Shown piece after piece: positions 23,665 through 24,000 of a stretch of 24,000 nt of DNA. The translations under genes were made by a program, and so were the position numbers. Origin of the DNA: Bergeyella porcorum (lineage in GTDB: Bacteria > Bacteroidota > Bacteroidia > Flavobacteriales > Weeksellaceae); NCBI RefSeq assembly GCF_042427575.1, contig NZ_JBHMFD010000007.1:44647-68646 (forward strand). Reading direction: 5' to 3'. Within the stretch, counting starts at the first letter, position 1, and each line of letters begins with the position of its first letter. The notes under the pieces are model-generated. The model was not told the DNA's origin and did not search any database. It worked only from the letters and a program-made list of their open reading frames with translations.

Positions 23665-24000
23665 ATGAAAATCCATTTACAGCCATTGCTTATACTATTA
23701 TTGGGACTAAGTCTTTTTTCGTGCCAAAAGGGATTGGGTACAGAGAACGGCGAAGCAACATCGCTACCCAATTTTTCTAATGTAGAGATAGATGATGTTT
23801 TTAGCAGAAGAGATGGCAAGATGCAAGATAGAGATTCTGTAGTAGAAATCATAGACCAATACTACGAAACCGTCTGGGAACAGGGCGACCTATGGGGTGG
23901 TGTGCTGATAGCGAAAGGTGATAAAATTTTATTTGAAAAATACCGAGGCTTCTCTCAAGATAATGCACAAGCACCCGTGGATAAAACGACAGCTTTGCAT
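23665..24000 (+). CDS. lipoprotein, probable serine hydrolase of the beta-lactamase/transpeptidase-like family (N-terminal 112 codons; continues past the right edge)
   Basis: Own translation: MKIHLQPLLILLLGLSLFSCQKG..., a lipobox (LFSC). It continues ...GGVLIAKGDKILFEKYRGFSQDNAQAPVDKTTALH, the usual lead-in to the SxxK motif of class-C-like beta-lactamase family proteins. The motif itself would lie beyond position 24000. Not in the ORF track because there is no stop in the window. Confidence 0.6.
   Translation, partial: MKIHLQPLLILLLGLSLFSCQKGLGTENGEATSLPNFSNVEIDDVFSRRDGKMQDRDSVVEIIDQYYETVWEQGDLWGGVLIAKGDKILFEKYRGFSQDNAQAPVDKTTALH

Noticed and set aside
1-24000. Search for a defence island, mobile element, prophage, CRISPR array, tRNA/rRNA or toxin-antitoxin system across the window
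   Set aside because: I found no transposase, integrase or recombinase, and no nuclease, helicase, methylase, TIR, STING, reverse-transcriptase or Cas-like sequence. There are no spaced direct-repeat arrays and no tRNA-like GC-rich intergenic segments. Apart from a handful of small, secreted or otherwise uncharacterised proteins, all sizeable ORFs are explained by housekeeping or cell-envelope functions.

Overview
This 24 kb window reads as core chromosome of a Flavobacteriales bacterium, probably Weeksellaceae/Chryseobacterium-like. The evidence is a GLPGLI-family protein, a T9SS type-B C-terminal sorting domain, A-rich rather than Shine-Dalgarno translation starts, and perfect Bacteroidetes -7 boxes (TAnnTTTG) upstream of most genes. 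I support 27 protein-coding genes, two of them cut by the window edges and absent from the ORF track. In order they are: GLPGLI protein, small membrane protein, yceD-rpmF, accB-accC, rocD, a 3-gene AT-rich glycosyltransferase islet, gltX, accA, a secreted hypothetical, tsf, an 883-aa T9SS adhesin-like protein, a CarboxypepD_reg-like protein, trmB, two small ORFs (one Fer4_19-type), a receiver-like protein with pirin, pncB, dps, an HU(CCDC81)-like membrane protein, an acyl-CoA thioesterase, a 2-hydroxyacid dehydrogenase and a beta-lactamase-family lipoprotein. I also list 12 hairpin/T-run terminators, 13 -7-box promoter sites (one a back-to-back pair) and 2 short repeats. I saw no rRNA, tRNA, CRISPR array, transposase, integrase, phage gene or recognisable defence or toxin domain. 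I could not find a convincing new multi-gene system; the window is mostly housekeeping. Three oddities are most worth follow-up. (1) An orphan intrinsic terminator preceded by a 24-codon polybasic micro-ORF sits in the divergent dps/HU-like intergenic region and may be an sRNA or a leader-peptide attenuator. (2) A heptanucleotide tandem repeat (YYTCTAA x about 8) closes all six reading frames and supplies the pncB stop codon. (3) The AT-rich glycosyltransferase islet has a perfectly palindromic back-to-back promoter and an uncharacterised 328-aa protein. Several N-terminal extensions in the ORF track start at the TTG inside a TAnnTTTG promoter box; I trimmed these to the downstream ATG.
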